A DNA stretch of 64,000 nt from Myxococcota bacterium (GTDB lineage Bacteria > Myxococcota_A > Polyangia > Palsa-1104 > JAEUJZ01). Positions 1 to 8,750 of the stretch are shown here, piece by piece (within the stretch, counting starts at the first letter, position 1; each line of letters starts with the position of its first letter). A program made the translations under genes and the position numbers. The stretch lies in NCBI GenBank assembly GCA_025057315.1, contig JANWXW010000057.1, positions 33,250-97,249 of the forward strand. Direction: 5' to 3'. The notes beneath the pieces were generated by a model. That model searched no databases and was not told where the DNA came from. It saw only the letters and a program-made list of their open reading frames with translations.

Positions 1-1
1 G

Positions 2-1207
2 GGATCGGGCTACGGCGGCAACGCGCTGCTAGGCAAGAAGTGCTTTGCCCTGCGCATCGCCAGCGCCATGGGCCGAGACGAGGGCTGGCTGGCCGAGCAC
101 ATGCTGCTCATGGGCGTAGAGGACCCACGCGGCGAGATTACCTACCTTGCTGCTGCCTTCCCCAGCGCCTGCGGCAAGACCAACCTGGCCATGATGGTGC
201 CGTCCTTGCAGGATCGCGGCTACCGCGTCCATACCGTCGGGGATGACATCGCCTGGATGCGCCTGGGCGAGGATGGACGGTTCTGGGCCATCAACCCCGA
301 GTCTGGCTTCTTCGGGGTCGCGCCTGGCACCAGCGAGAAGACCAACCCCAACGCGCTGGCCACCATCCGCCGCAACACGATTTTTACCAACGTTGCAATG
401 AGCCGGGACCGCCAGCCCTGGTGGGAGGGGCTGTCTGAGCCACCCGCAGAGGCCCTCGACTGGCAGGGACGCCCCTGGACGCCCGCCAGCCCCACCAAGG
501 CCGCCCACCCCAACAGCCGCTTTACCGCACCGGCAGTGCAGTGCCCATCGATCTCCAAGGAGTTCGATTCACCGCGCGGCGTGCCGATTTCAGCCATTCT
601 CTTTGGTGGACGTCGCGCCAGGCTGGCTCCCCTGGTCGTCGAGGCGCGGGGCTGGCAGCATGGCGTCTTTTTGGGGGCTACCATGGCCTCGGAAACCACG
701 GCTGCAGCCACCGGTGAGGTGGGCGTGGTGCGCAACGATCCGATGGCGATGCTGCCCTTCTGCGGCTACCACATGGGCGACTACTTTGCGCACTGGCTGG
801 ACATGGGACGGCGCACTGCGCCCGAGAAGCTGCCACGCATCTTCCAGGTAAACTGGTTCCGCACCGACGAGCAGGGGCGGTTCCTGTGGCCGGGCTTTGG
901 TGAGAACATCCGCGTGCTCCTCTGGATCATCGACCGCGTGCGTGGCCGGGGCGAGGCAGTGGAGTCACCCATCGGCCTGCTGCCGACACGCAACGCCATC
1001 GACCTCAGGGGGCTCGATCTGCCCCCGTCTGTGATGGACAAGCTGCTGCACGTCGAGCCAGCGGACTGGCTAGAGGAAACCGAGCGGCAGCGTGCCTTCT
1101 TCCAGCGCTTTGGCGACCGCATGCCCAAGGCGCTGTGGCAGGAGCATGCGGCTCTGCGCGAGCGGTTGCTCGCGGCCCTCAGGCCCGCCCAGAGCGCTGC
1201 TCCATAA
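2..1207 (+). CDS. pckG: Phosphoenolpyruvate carboxykinase (GTP), C-terminal ~400 aa; 5' end lies outside the window
   Basis: The frame is open from the window edge: [21 protein letters not shown]. It continues with [13 protein letters not shown] (GTP-PEPCK P-loop), [16 protein letters not shown] and NWFR. Listed ORF 68..1207 is the same frame starting at an internal Met. Confidence 0.93.
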   Translation, partial: GSGYGGNALLGKKCFALRIASAMGRDEGWLAEHMLLMGVEDPRGEITYLAAAFPSACGKTNLAMMVPSLQDRGYRVHTVGDDIAWMRLGEDGRFWAINPESGFFGVAPGTSEKTNPNALATIRRNTIFTNVAMSRDRQPWWEGLSEPPAEALDWQGRPWTPASPTKAAHPNSRFTAPAVQCPSISKEFDSPRGVPISAILFGGRRARLAPLVVEARGWQHGVFLGATMASETTAAATGEVGVVRNDPMAMLPFCGYHMGDYFAHWLDMGRRTAPEKLPRIFQVNWFRTDEQGRFLWPGFGENIRVLLWIIDRVRGRGEAVESPIGLLPTRNAIDLRGLDLPPSVMDKLLHVEPADWLEETERQRAFFQRFGDRMPKALWQEHAALRERLLAALRPAQSAAP

Positions 1208-2747
1208 GGTGCACGGTTCGCGTCGGAAAGGCAATCGCCGAACCGTGTTTTTCGACTATCTCCAGCATCGCGATGAGAACTTCCTCGCGTAACGCGCGAA
1301 ACTCGTTAAAGTCCGTGGTTTCAAACCAGCACATAATCTCGACATCCAGCGCGCTCTGACCCAGGCCTGCAAGGCGCACGACAACCAGTTCCGGCCAGAC
1401 GCGCTTGTGCCCGCGCAGCAGCGACTCGATCTCGCTGAGAATGGCGCGCAGCTGCGCCGAGGTGGTGTGATAGACCAGCCCGAGCATCATGTGCAGGCGG
1501 ATGCGATCCCGTGCAGCCATCGTCTCGATGCTCATGTCGGCCAGGCGGCCATTGGGAATGGTCACCACGGTTCGGTCGGCGGTGCGAATGCGCGTGGAGC
1601 GGAGCCCGATGTGTTCGACCACCCCTTGGATGGCATCTATCTTCACCATATCGCCCACCCGCATGGGTTGATCCGCCGTGAGCGTGATGCCACCAAAGAG
1701 ATGCTCCACAGTCTTCTGCGCCGCCAGCGCAATGCCGAGGCCACCGATGCCAATGCCCGCCAGCAAGCTGGTGACCTCGAATCCGAGCTCCCGCAGCATG
1801 ACCACCAGGCCGAACGCCAGCAGCGCCATCTTGGCCAGCCGCTCGCCGAGCGGGAGCATGCCGAGCGCCGCCGGATGCATTCGCACCCACTCTGAGTGTT
1901 GCGCCACCCCTATCATCGCCGAGACAAACCGCCACATCGCCCAGAAGACACCGACCAGCACAAGCACCCCCAGAACGCTGCTGAGCAGCCGCTGCCCTCC
2001 GCTCGGCAGGTGCAGCATATGCAGCGCGAGGTGGCCCAGCAGGGCCGTGAAGATGAGCCGCCCCGGGCGCTCCAGACCGGCAGCCAGCGCATCGTCCCAC
2101 TGCCAGGGCGTGCGCCGGACCAGGCTGTTGACCACCACCCGCAGGAGCCACGCGAGCAGCCTCCCGAGCAGGTAGCAGATCATCAGCAGCGGCGGCAGCG
2201 CCAGCCACTGCCAGAACAGAATGTTCAGCGGGCCGCTGCGCCACAGGGGCTCGGGCAGGTGCTCTCGGAGCCAACGATCGGGCAGACGGTCGTACCAGGC
2301 CGGAATGCGCCGTACCGTCTGCCGCGAAAACTTCCAGGAAGCTGCCTCGCCCTCACCCAGGCGCTGGAGCCGCACCGGCTCGTGACCGGTGGGACCTGCC
2401 AAGCGGCCGATCTCTTCGGTGTCCGCAGGCAGGCCATCCTGCCGGTTGCCAGCGGGGTTGTCGGAGATCTTGTCCAGGTCCAGCTGCATCCGCTGGTCGA
2501 GCACCTCGCGCAGCTGGCGGGCCAGCGTGGGACCCCGCTCCTTGCCGACCCCAGACAGATCCAGCTCCTGCGCCGCCTCTGCATAGCGGCCCACACGCGC
2601 GGCCATCAGGAACCGCTCCACGGTGCGGCGGGGCGAATCAGGCTCCGGACCCTCCTCGGGCAGCTGGGCGAGGGCGGGCCCGGCCAACGCCGCGGCAGCA
2701 ACGGTTAGCAGGAACGAACACCAAAATAGGCACCGGGGTGACCTCAT
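1179..2747 (-). CDS. MscS-family mechanosensitive channel with signal peptide and N-terminal periplasmic domain
   Basis: 522-aa ORF. Signal-like N-terminus [27 protein letters not shown], followed by several TM helices. MscS core [23 protein letters not shown]...[37 protein letters not shown]. Confidence 0.85.
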   Translation of the reverse strand: MRSPRCLFWCSFLLTVAAAALAGPALAQLPEEGPEPDSPRRTVERFLMAARVGRYAEAAQELDLSGVGKERGPTLARQLREVLDQRMQLDLDKISDNPAGNRQDGLPADTEEIGRLAGPTGHEPVRLQRLGEGEAASWKFSRQTVRRIPAWYDRLPDRWLREHLPEPLWRSGPLNILFWQWLALPPLLMICYLLGRLLAWLLRVVVNSLVRRTPWQWDDALAAGLERPGRLIFTALLGHLALHMLHLPSGGQRLLSSVLGVLVLVGVFWAMWRFVSAMIGVAQHSEWVRMHPAALGMLPLGERLAKMALLAFGLVVMLRELGFEVTSLLAGIGIGGLGIALAAQKTVEHLFGGITLTADQPMRVGDMVKIDAIQGVVEHIGLRSTRIRTADRTVVTIPNGRLADMSIETMAARDRIRLHMMLGLVYHTTSAQLRAILSEIESLLRGHKRVWPELVVVRLAGLGQSALDVEIMCWFETTDFNEFRALREEVLIAMLEIVEKHGSAIAFPTRTVHLMEQRSGRA

Positions 2748-2817
2748 AAGAGATGCATCATAATCGGCACCGCGGCGAAAGTTGCGACACCCGTGACAGA
2801 CGCGCTAGCATGCTGCC

Positions 2818-3441
2818 ATGGCTGAAGATCAGCAAGCGGCCGCCTGGCGCGAGGCGAGCAACCGCTTCCACGAGGCCCTGGTGCAGGAGCGCGGGGAGGG
2901 GTGGCAGGCCTTCTGGGGCAGCGAGGAATCCCAGCGGATCCGCTACGACGTGTTCCGCCGTTACCTTCCCATCGCGGGCCGGTCCCTGTTGGATGTCGGA
3001 TGTGGCTTTGGCGACCTGCACGGATACCTGGAGGCGCAAGGCATCCGCCCCGCACGCTACCTGGGCGTGGACCTGGATGCCCGCATCGTCGAAGCAGCCC
3101 GGCGCCGTCGCCCGCAGGCCCAGTTCCAGGTGCTCGACCTGCTGGTGGAGGACCCGCCCTTTCGCCCGGACCTCATCGTGGCCTCGGGCATCATGGCCGT
3201 CGGTTTCGACGGATATGAAGACTACGTGCTGCGCATCCTGCGACGCTTTCATGCCCTGTGCAAGGAGGGCTTCGCGCTCAACTTCCTCAGCACCTGCACG
3301 CGCAGCCCCGACCCTCGCTCGCGCTACGTCGACCCGGCTTGGCTCCTGGGGCTGTTCCAGCGCGAGGTAGACTGGCGCTGCGTGCTGGTGCACGACTACC
3401 GACCCAACGACTTCACCCTGGTCCACAGAAAGCAGGCCTAA
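2818..3441 (+). CDS. Class I SAM-dependent methyltransferase
   Basis: Motif I LLDVGCGFGDL plus an acidic post-I residue (LGVDLD). 207 aa. The stop lies 2 nt before the WbqC-like start. Confidence 0.75.
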   Translation: MAEDQQAAAWREASNRFHEALVQERGEGWQAFWGSEESQRIRYDVFRRYLPIAGRSLLDVGCGFGDLHGYLEAQGIRPARYLGVDLDARIVEAARRRRPQAQFQVLDLLVEDPPFRPDLIVASGIMAVGFDGYEDYVLRILRRFHALCKEGFALNFLSTCTRSPDPRSRYVDPAWLLGLFQREVDWRCVLVHDYRPNDFTLVHRKQA

Positions 3442-3443
3442 CC

Positions 3444-4121
3444 GTGCGGGTGGCCATCCACCAGCCGAACTATGCACCCTGGTGCGGCTACTTTGCCAAG
3501 ATGGCGCACTGCGACCTGTTTATCTTCCTAGATGATGTGCAGATGCCCAACGGACGCAGCTACGTGTCGCGTTGCCGCATCGCTGGTCCGACGGGTGCGG
3601 CCTGGCTGAGCGTGCCTGTGCACCACAGCCGGGACGAGCGCATCCTCACCGTTCGCTTTGCCGATCCGAAGTGGCCGCAGCGCCATCTGCGCACCCTGCA
3701 GGCGCGCTACGGACGCGCCCCCCACTATGCGGAGGTCATGCGCCAGCTGAGGCCACTGTACGCCGACCCAGGGGAGACGCTGTGCGCCTTCAACCTGCGC
3801 CTCATTGCCACGATCCGCGCCTGCCTGGGCCTGACCTGCCCGGTGCGCTGCGCCAGCGAGCTGGGCGTCCCCGGGCAAGGAGACGACCGGCTGCTGGCGC
3901 TGCTGCGGGCCGTCGGCGCAGACTGCTACCTGTCCGGTCCAGGCGGGCAGGCCTATCAGGACCCAGCCAAGTTTGCCGCCGCGGGCATCGCGCTGGAGGT
4001 GCGAACCTACACGCCCATCCCCTACCCGCGGGCAGGGCTGGAGTTTGTCCCCGGGCTGAGCATCCTGGACCCCCTATTTTACCTCGGCGCCGATGCGCGA
4101 GGGCTGCTCCGCTATGGGTAG
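3444..4121 (+). CDS. WbqC-family protein (glycan-biosynthesis associated, function unknown)
   Basis: An in-frame GTG at 3444 gives VRVAIHQPNYAPWCGYFAKMAHCDLFIFLDDVQ, the typical WbqC N-terminus. The listed start at 3258 overlaps the upstream methyltransferase and is Arg/Pro-rich junk. Confidence 0.8.
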   Translation: MRVAIHQPNYAPWCGYFAKMAHCDLFIFLDDVQMPNGRSYVSRCRIAGPTGAAWLSVPVHHSRDERILTVRFADPKWPQRHLRTLQARYGRAPHYAEVMRQLRPLYADPGETLCAFNLRLIATIRACLGLTCPVRCASELGVPGQGDDRLLALLRAVGADCYLSGPGGQAYQDPAKFAAAGIALEVRTYTPIPYPRAGLEFVPGLSILDPLFYLGADARGLLRYG

Positions 4122-4267
4122 GGCAGGACGCTGCGGACGGCTGCACTGCCGCTCGAGGTCTCGGACGCAGGCCGTTCCCACAGCGCCCAGGCCAGGCCGC
4201 ACACCAGGAGCACGAGGCCAAGGCCGACGTCCCAGCTAAGCCGCGATCGCTTGCGTGGCTGTGCCAT
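4112..4267 (-). CDS. Candidate 51-aa single-TM microprotein (hypothetical)
   Basis: Internal Met of ORF 4112..4543: MAQPRKRSRLSWDVGLGLVLLVCGLAWALWERPASETSSGSAAVRSVLPYP. Basic N-terminus plus one TM helix, GC3-rich codons. It lies 76 nt downstream of the secreted-protein gene on the same strand. No clear SD. Confidence 0.3.
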   Translation of the reverse strand: MAQPRKRSRLSWDVGLGLVLLVCGLAWALWERPASETSSGSAAVRSVLPYP

Positions 4268-4343
4268 GCCAAGGAGGTACGCCCGCTTCCGCCTGCGCAC
4301 CAGACTGGTCTTGCCGACGCTGGAGCTTATATTGACCCATTTC

Positions 4344-4856
4344 TTACCCCGGGCAGGCCTGGACGGCAAAGTCCCCCCGCAGCGTCTCGCCGGTGCGGAA
4401 CCTAAGGTGGTAGCTGCCGGCAGCCCGCCGGTAGCGTTCCAGCTCGCGCAGGATGATGGTGCCCCCTGCATCCACACCGAACCCCCCAGGCGGCACGCTC
4501 CGCGCACCCGGCGGGTAAAGACCCAGCCCCACCGAGCGCACATCCCCCGCCGGCCCCCGGTCGTTTAGGTCCACGGTCACATCCTCACCAGCTGCAGCGG
4601 ACTGCAGGGTCATGATGAGGCTGTAGTGCTCCTGCCAGAAGGGCAGAGGCGGCCGCTGGTAGCGCCGGAGCAGGGGACAGACCTCCTCCTGCGGCATCGT
4701 GTCGAGCACGATGGTCACGCCGAAATCAGAAGGAAAGTGCACGTACTGGCTACGAAACACAATCTGCCGCCCGCCAAAAGGCAGCGGCTCGCTGGTGCCG
4801 CAGGCCCAGGGCGACAGCACGAGCAGCCACAGCGCGATGTCCCCTGTGCGCCTCAT
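4344..4856 (-). CDS. Secreted/possible lipoprotein, hypothetical
   Basis: Internal Met at 4856 gives MRRTGDIALWLLVLSPWACGTSEP (signal peptide with Cys). This ATG overlaps the stop of the upstream biotinyl-domain gene (ATGA, 4853-4856). Confidence 0.6.
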   Translation of the reverse strand: MRRTGDIALWLLVLSPWACGTSEPLPFGGRQIVFRSQYVHFPSDFGVTIVLDTMPQEEVCPLLRRYQRPPLPFWQEHYSLIMTLQSAAAGEDVTVDLNDRGPAGDVRSVGLGLYPPGARSVPPGGFGVDAGGTIILRELERYRRAAGSYHLRFRTGETLRGDFAVQACPG

Positions 4857-5392
4857 TGGAGGGTCACCAGCACCGCACCGCCCTCGACACTCTGTCCCTC
4901 CACCGTCCGCACATCCACCACCATGCCGTCGGCCGGCGCACGCAGCTCGTTTTCCATCTTCATGGCCTCGATGAGCAGCAGGCCCTGGCCGGCGCGCACC
5001 CGGTCTCCAGGCCGGCACAGAATCTTGACCACCTTGCCCGGCATCGGCGCCCGAACCTGCTGCGGCCCGGCAGCCGGACGGCGTACCTCGGCAGCCAGGG
5101 CCGCAGCACGCGCATCGTCGAGCCGAAGGGCAAGGACCTCACCCGAGGGCAGGCTCAGGCGCAGCTCGGGCAGCTCGCCCTCCACATCGATGAGCTGCTG
5201 CGGCCCGCCCCCCTCCGGGACCAGCGACCAGGTGGCGACACCCTGGGCGTTGGTGCCCAGCCGCCGCGCCGACAGGACCTGCTCCCGTTCGGCACAGCGG
5301 ATACGGAACCGCCCCTCGCCCAGCGGCTCGACCTCGATGACCACAGGCGGCCGGTCTGCCACCTGAGGCTCGACCCGAAAGGTGCGCAGCAT
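4853..5392 (-). CDS. Biotin/lipoyl attachment domain protein (BCCP-like) with unknown N-terminal domain
   Basis: The C-terminal ~70 aa read PMPGKVVKILCRPGDRVRAGQGLLLIEAMKMENELRAPADGMVVDV, containing the AMKM biotinylation motif. Confidence 0.85.
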   Translation of the reverse strand: MLRTFRVEPQVADRPPVVIEVEPLGEGRFRIRCAEREQVLSARRLGTNAQGVATWSLVPEGGGPQQLIDVEGELPELRLSLPSGEVLALRLDDARAAALAAEVRRPAAGPQQVRAPMPGKVVKILCRPGDRVRAGQGLLLIEAMKMENELRAPADGMVVDVRTVEGQSVEGGAVLVTLQ

Positions 5393-5434
5393 GGGGAGCT
5401 TATATCACGGGGGGGCCATGCTATACGAGAACCA

Positions 5435-6088
5435 ATGGATCTGAACGGGGTGCCCTTGTGCGGGTCGTTCAGCCTGGTCCTCGATGTGCTCCGCGGCGAG
5501 GCCGTGGCGGACCTGGGGTGCAACGGGGGCCACTACCTGCGCTTTTGCGGACCGGGCAGCCAGGGTCTGGACATCTCCAGGGACAGCGTGGCGGCCTGCC
5601 GCGCCCAGGGGCTCAGCGCCCAGCAGCACGACCTGAACGTGCTCCCCTTGCCCTTGCCTGGCGGGGCATTCGGCGTGGTCCTGCTCAGCCACGTGCTGGA
5701 GCACGTCCACGCACCGCTGCTGCTGCTGCAGGAGGCCAACCGGCTGCTGCGGCCCGGGGGACGCCTGGTCCTCGGTCTGCCCATCGAGGACAGCCTCTAC
5801 AGCCGGCTGCGCATGGACTACTACGGAGGGCCGGAGGGACACCTCTACAGCTTCTCCCGCCGCAACCTGCGCCGCCTGCTGGAGCTGGCCGGCTTCACCC
5901 AGGAGCGGTTCTACCTCCACCTGCCCATCCTGGGCTTCCGTCCCTGGCCTCGCCTCAACCGCCTGGTGCAGCGGCTGCCCACGGGCCTGCTGTACCAGCT
6001 GTCTGGGGCCTGCTGGTGCATCGCGCGGCGGGTCGGCCCCCCCTTGCGCGACCCTGAGTTCAGCAGCTACTTTCGCGAGGGTGCCTGA
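5435..6088 (+). CDS. Class I SAM-dependent methyltransferase
   Basis: Internal ATG at 5435 (MDLNGVPL...). Motifs VADLGCNGGHY, FGVVLLSHVLEHV, LLRPGGRLVL. The listed start at 4856 is antisense to the BCCP-like gene. Confidence 0.8.
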   Translation: MDLNGVPLCGSFSLVLDVLRGEAVADLGCNGGHYLRFCGPGSQGLDISRDSVAACRAQGLSAQQHDLNVLPLPLPGGAFGVVLLSHVLEHVHAPLLLLQEANRLLRPGGRLVLGLPIEDSLYSRLRMDYYGGPEGHLYSFSRRNLRRLLELAGFTQERFYLHLPILGFRPWPRLNRLVQRLPTGLLYQLSGACWCIARRVGPPLRDPEFSSYFREGA

Positions 6089-7254
6089 TGGCCCGGCAGG
6101 AGGAGCTCGGTGCCGTCGTGCTGCGGCCGGACCCAGGGGAGCGCCGGCGCGTGCTCTTGCCCCTTGTGTGCTGCGGCCTATGGCTGCTGCTGCTGGAGGG
6201 GCTGCTGCGGCTCCTGACCTCCCCCGACCCGCGCGTGCTCCACGACCCGCTGCACCCCTATGGCTGCTTCCAGGAGGAGCGGCTGGCCCAGCTGGTGGCG
6301 GCGCGCCAGGACCAGCCCGGCCCCCTCGACGTCGTGCTCCTGGGCGACTCGGTGCTCTCGTCGGTGAACAACCCGCCCGGAGAGCGCATCGAGGACCTGC
6401 TCCCCGCGCGGTTGCAGGCAGCCCTGGGCACCCCCGTCCGGGTGTGGAACCTCGGCCAGGGCGGGGTGCGGGCGGCGGACCAGCTTGCGGCCCTGCGGCA
6501 GATGGAGGCGGCGCTCGGGGCACGGCGGCAGAAGCTGTTTGTGGTCCTCAGCAGCAACGTCGTCTTCTTTTCGCGTCGCCATCGCAGCCCGCCCATGCTC
6601 TATCCGTGCCTCGGGTCCTACCTGCGCGGCGACCGCGAGCTCGAGGCCCTGCTCCGGCTACCGCCCCCAGCACCGGCCCTGGAGCGATATCTGGCAGAGT
6701 GGCTCGCCCGGCACCTTTTTCTGTTCGGCCAGCGCCGTCGGCTGGCTGAGGCCCTGCTGGGTGGCCCGCCGCGGGAGGCGCTGCGCGAACGCCTGCTCCA
6801 GGGGCTGGCCCACCTGGGGCTGCGGCCGGGGGGGGATGCGACCACCGACCCGAACCTGCCCTGGACCGGGCGCGGCCTGCGCGCCGAGCAGTTCCGCGCC
6901 AGCTACGACTTCATCCCGCCCGAGTCGCCCGAGGCCATCAACCACCTTATGACGCGGCGCCTGGCGCGTCATCTGGCCGGCTGGGGGCAGGCCGCCCTGG
7001 TCGTGCTGATGCCGCAGAACCACGGCCTGCTCGGCCCGTTGGCCGACGGAGCCGCCTACCACGCCACCGTGGCCGCCATCGCCCGCACCTTCGCCGAGGC
7101 GGCGGTGCCCTTCCGCTCCTACGACGGCCTGGTGGCCGACTCCCTGTTCACCGACGCTGACCACCTGACTGCCCAGGGCAACCAGCGGCTGGCAGAGCTG
7201 CTGGCAGAGGACCTCGTGCCGCGGCTGCGAGCCCTGATGGGAGAGGGCGGGTGA
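6088..7254 (+). CDS. Membrane-anchored SGNH/GDSL-like acyltransferase or esterase (DltD/AlgJ/AlgX-like partner of the MBOAT)
   Basis: N-terminal TM helix LLPLVCCGLWLLLLEGLL. Block I VVLLGDSVLSS (GDS). Block V-like FTDADHLTAQGN (DxxH). The ATG overlaps the upstream stop (TGATG at 6086-6090). Its own stop overlaps the MBOAT GTG (GTGA at 7251-7254). Confidence 0.65.
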   Translation: MARQEELGAVVLRPDPGERRRVLLPLVCCGLWLLLLEGLLRLLTSPDPRVLHDPLHPYGCFQEERLAQLVAARQDQPGPLDVVLLGDSVLSSVNNPPGERIEDLLPARLQAALGTPVRVWNLGQGGVRAADQLAALRQMEAALGARRQKLFVVLSSNVVFFSRRHRSPPMLYPCLGSYLRGDRELEALLRLPPPAPALERYLAEWLARHLFLFGQRRRLAEALLGGPPREALRERLLQGLAHLGLRPGGDATTDPNLPWTGRGLRAEQFRASYDFIPPESPEAINHLMTRRLARHLAGWGQAALVVLMPQNHGLLGPLADGAAYHATVAAIARTFAEAAVPFRSYDGLVADSLFTDADHLTAQGNQRLAELLAEDLVPRLRALMGEGG

Positions 7255-8438
7255 GCTTCCTCAGCTACTCGTTTGCCCTGTTTCTGTTCGGCACGGTCGC
7301 TGCCTACTGGCTGGCACCGCGGCGGGTGCGCAAGCCCCTGCTGCTGCTGGCAAGCCTGGCCTTCTATGCGTCCTTCCATCTGCCGCACGCACTGCTCATC
7401 GTGGCCGCGACGCTGGTCGTGTATGCACTCAGCCGGCGGGTGCAGCCCACCCGGCCGGGGCGGGTGCCCTTTGTCCTGGGCATCCTTCTGTGCATCGGGC
7501 TGCTGGGCACCTTCAAGTATGCGCGCCTGCTGGTCGACACCGTGGCCGACCTGGGCGGCCCGCGGCTCCCGGTGCCAGAGCTGCGCGTGCCGCTGGGCAT
7601 CTCGTTCTTCACCTTCGAGTTCATCCACTACTTGGTGGATGTGCGCCTGGGCCGGATCGTGCTGCCCGCAGCGGGCAACCTCCTCGACTTCGCCCTGTTT
7701 GTGCTCTTTTTCCCGACGCTGCTGTCAGGACCGATCAAGCGCTATCAGGTCTTCTTAGAAGAGGGCGAGCGGGCCCGCACATTCCGCATCGACTACATTG
7801 CCGAGGGCTTGACGCGCATGATCGTCGGCCTGGGCAAAAAGCTCATCGTCGCCGATTCGATGACCGCCTTCTCCTCGCGCCTGCTGACCCCAGACCAGGT
7901 GACGCGGACCGGGCTGTGGGTGGCCATGTATGCCTACGCCATCCAGATCTACTTCGACTTCGCCGGCTACTCCGACCTGGCCATCGGTGCGGCGCGGCTG
8001 TTTGGCTACCGCGTGCCGGAGAACTTCGACCACCCCTACCTGCGCCCCAACCTGTCGGAATTTTGGCGGCACTGGCACATGTCGCTGTCCAGCTGGATCC
8101 GCGACTATCTGTTTATCCCGCTGGGGGGGAGCCGGGCCCATCCGGCCCGCGTGGTGCTGAACCTGACCGTGGTGATGGCCCTGTGCGGCCTGTGGCACGG
8201 GGCCTCGTGGAACTTCGTCGTCTGGGGGCTGTGGCATGGCCTTGGGCTGGGGGGGCTTCGCCTGCTGCGGCGGTTGCGCGAGCGGGTCGGCCTGCCGCCC
8301 ACCTCGTCGTCGACCGGATGGCAGGTGCTGGCGACGCTGCTTACCTTTCAGTACGTGTCGCTGGGGTGGGTGCTCTTTGCAACCCCCTCCATGGCGGCCG
8401 CCGTGACGGCGTTTTCGCGCATGTTCCTGGCAGGGTAG
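7251..8438 (+). CDS. MBOAT-family membrane-bound O-acyltransferase (AlgI/DltB-like)
   Basis: Polytopic membrane protein with ISFFTFEFIHYLVDV, FDFAGYSDLAIG, NLSEFWRHWHMSLSSWIRDYLFIPLGGSR (MBOAT His motif) and GLWHGASWNFVVWGLWHG. Confidence 0.92.
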   Translation: MSFLSYSFALFLFGTVAAYWLAPRRVRKPLLLLASLAFYASFHLPHALLIVAATLVVYALSRRVQPTRPGRVPFVLGILLCIGLLGTFKYARLLVDTVADLGGPRLPVPELRVPLGISFFTFEFIHYLVDVRLGRIVLPAAGNLLDFALFVLFFPTLLSGPIKRYQVFLEEGERARTFRIDYIAEGLTRMIVGLGKKLIVADSMTAFSSRLLTPDQVTRTGLWVAMYAYAIQIYFDFAGYSDLAIGAARLFGYRVPENFDHPYLRPNLSEFWRHWHMSLSSWIRDYLFIPLGGSRAHPARVVLNLTVVMALCGLWHGASWNFVVWGLWHGLGLGGLRLLRRLRERVGLPPTSSSTGWQVLATLLTFQYVSLGWVLFATPSMAAAVTAFSRMFLAG

Positions 8439-8442
8439 GGCG

Positions 8443-8559
8443 ATGCGGCGCGACCTCGCGGTGGGTGTGCTTCTGGGCCTGGGCCTGGCGCTGCTGTGCC
8501 TGCTGTCCCTGCTCTTCTCGACGGGCGAGGACACGGGCTTCATCTACATCGACTTTTGA
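8443..8559 (+). CDS. DltX-like 38-aa transmembrane microprotein with C-terminal FIYIDF (candidate acyl-shuttle motif); not in the ORF track
   Basis: ATG at 8443, 4 nt after the MBOAT stop. Translation MRRDLAVGVLLGLGLALLCLLSLLFSTGEDTGFIYIDF*, with TGA at 8557-8559. Basic N-terminus, one TM helix, short acidic tail ending in an aromatic-x-Tyr-x-x-Phe hexapeptide. GC3-rich codons. Confidence 0.6.
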   Translation: MRRDLAVGVLLGLGLALLCLLSLLFSTGEDTGFIYIDF

Positions 8560-8600
8560 CCCGGTGTCAGCCGGGGCGGAGGCGGCCAGGGCGCCAGGGG

Positions 8601-8750
8601 GCGAGGGGGTGGGGGCCAGATGGGGCTGGGGCGAGGGCCAGCGGGGCTGGGGCGGGGGCCCGGTGGAGCTGGGGCGAGGGCCAGCGGGGCTGGGGCGAGG
8701 GCCAGGGGGCCAGGGGGCGGAGGCCAGATGGAGCTGGGGTGGGGGCCAGG
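8601..8750. repeat. G-rich degenerate tandem repeat, about 6-7 copies of a 21-22 bp unit (GGGGCTGGGGCGAGGGCCAGC)
   Basis: Units at 8622-8642, 8643-8663, 8664-8685, 8686-8706, 8707-8728 and 8729-8750. GGCCAGATGGRGCTGGGG recurs at ~8614 and ~8721. Dense G3-5 tracts on the + strand. Lies between the microprotein stop and tRNA-Leu. Confidence 0.8.

Noticed and set aside
3258-3443. Listed N-terminal extensions of several ORFs (3258 for WbqC, 4856 for the methyltransferase, 9590 for SpoIID-like, 14148 for argC, 57888 for the PhnD-like gene, 60806 for the PAS gene, 29076 for YihY, 32707 for PBP1A, 27437 for FG-GAP)
   Set aside because: The extensions overlap neighbouring well-supported genes or AT-rich promoter DNA and are compositionally junk. 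Internal ATG/GTG codons with SD sequences or stop/start overlaps yield canonical N-termini (signal peptides, Rossmann folds, pilin leader).
5405-6523. Long antisense or out-of-frame ORFs throughout the window (e.g. 5405..6523 -, 1321..2274 -, 9809..10900 -, 11479..12600 -, 32790..33914 -, 38086..39438 -, 54827..56002 -, 62242..63585 +)
   Set aside because: Their translations are Arg/Ala/Pro/Gly-rich low-complexity strings with no motifs. They lie opposite or out of frame to ORFs with clear family signatures. This is the expected artefact of stop-codon scarcity in DNA of about two-thirds G+C.
8601-8750. The repeat array as a CRISPR locus
   Set aside because: The units are directly abutting degenerate 21-22 bp copies with no unique spacers of ~30 bp. 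No cas genes are in the window.
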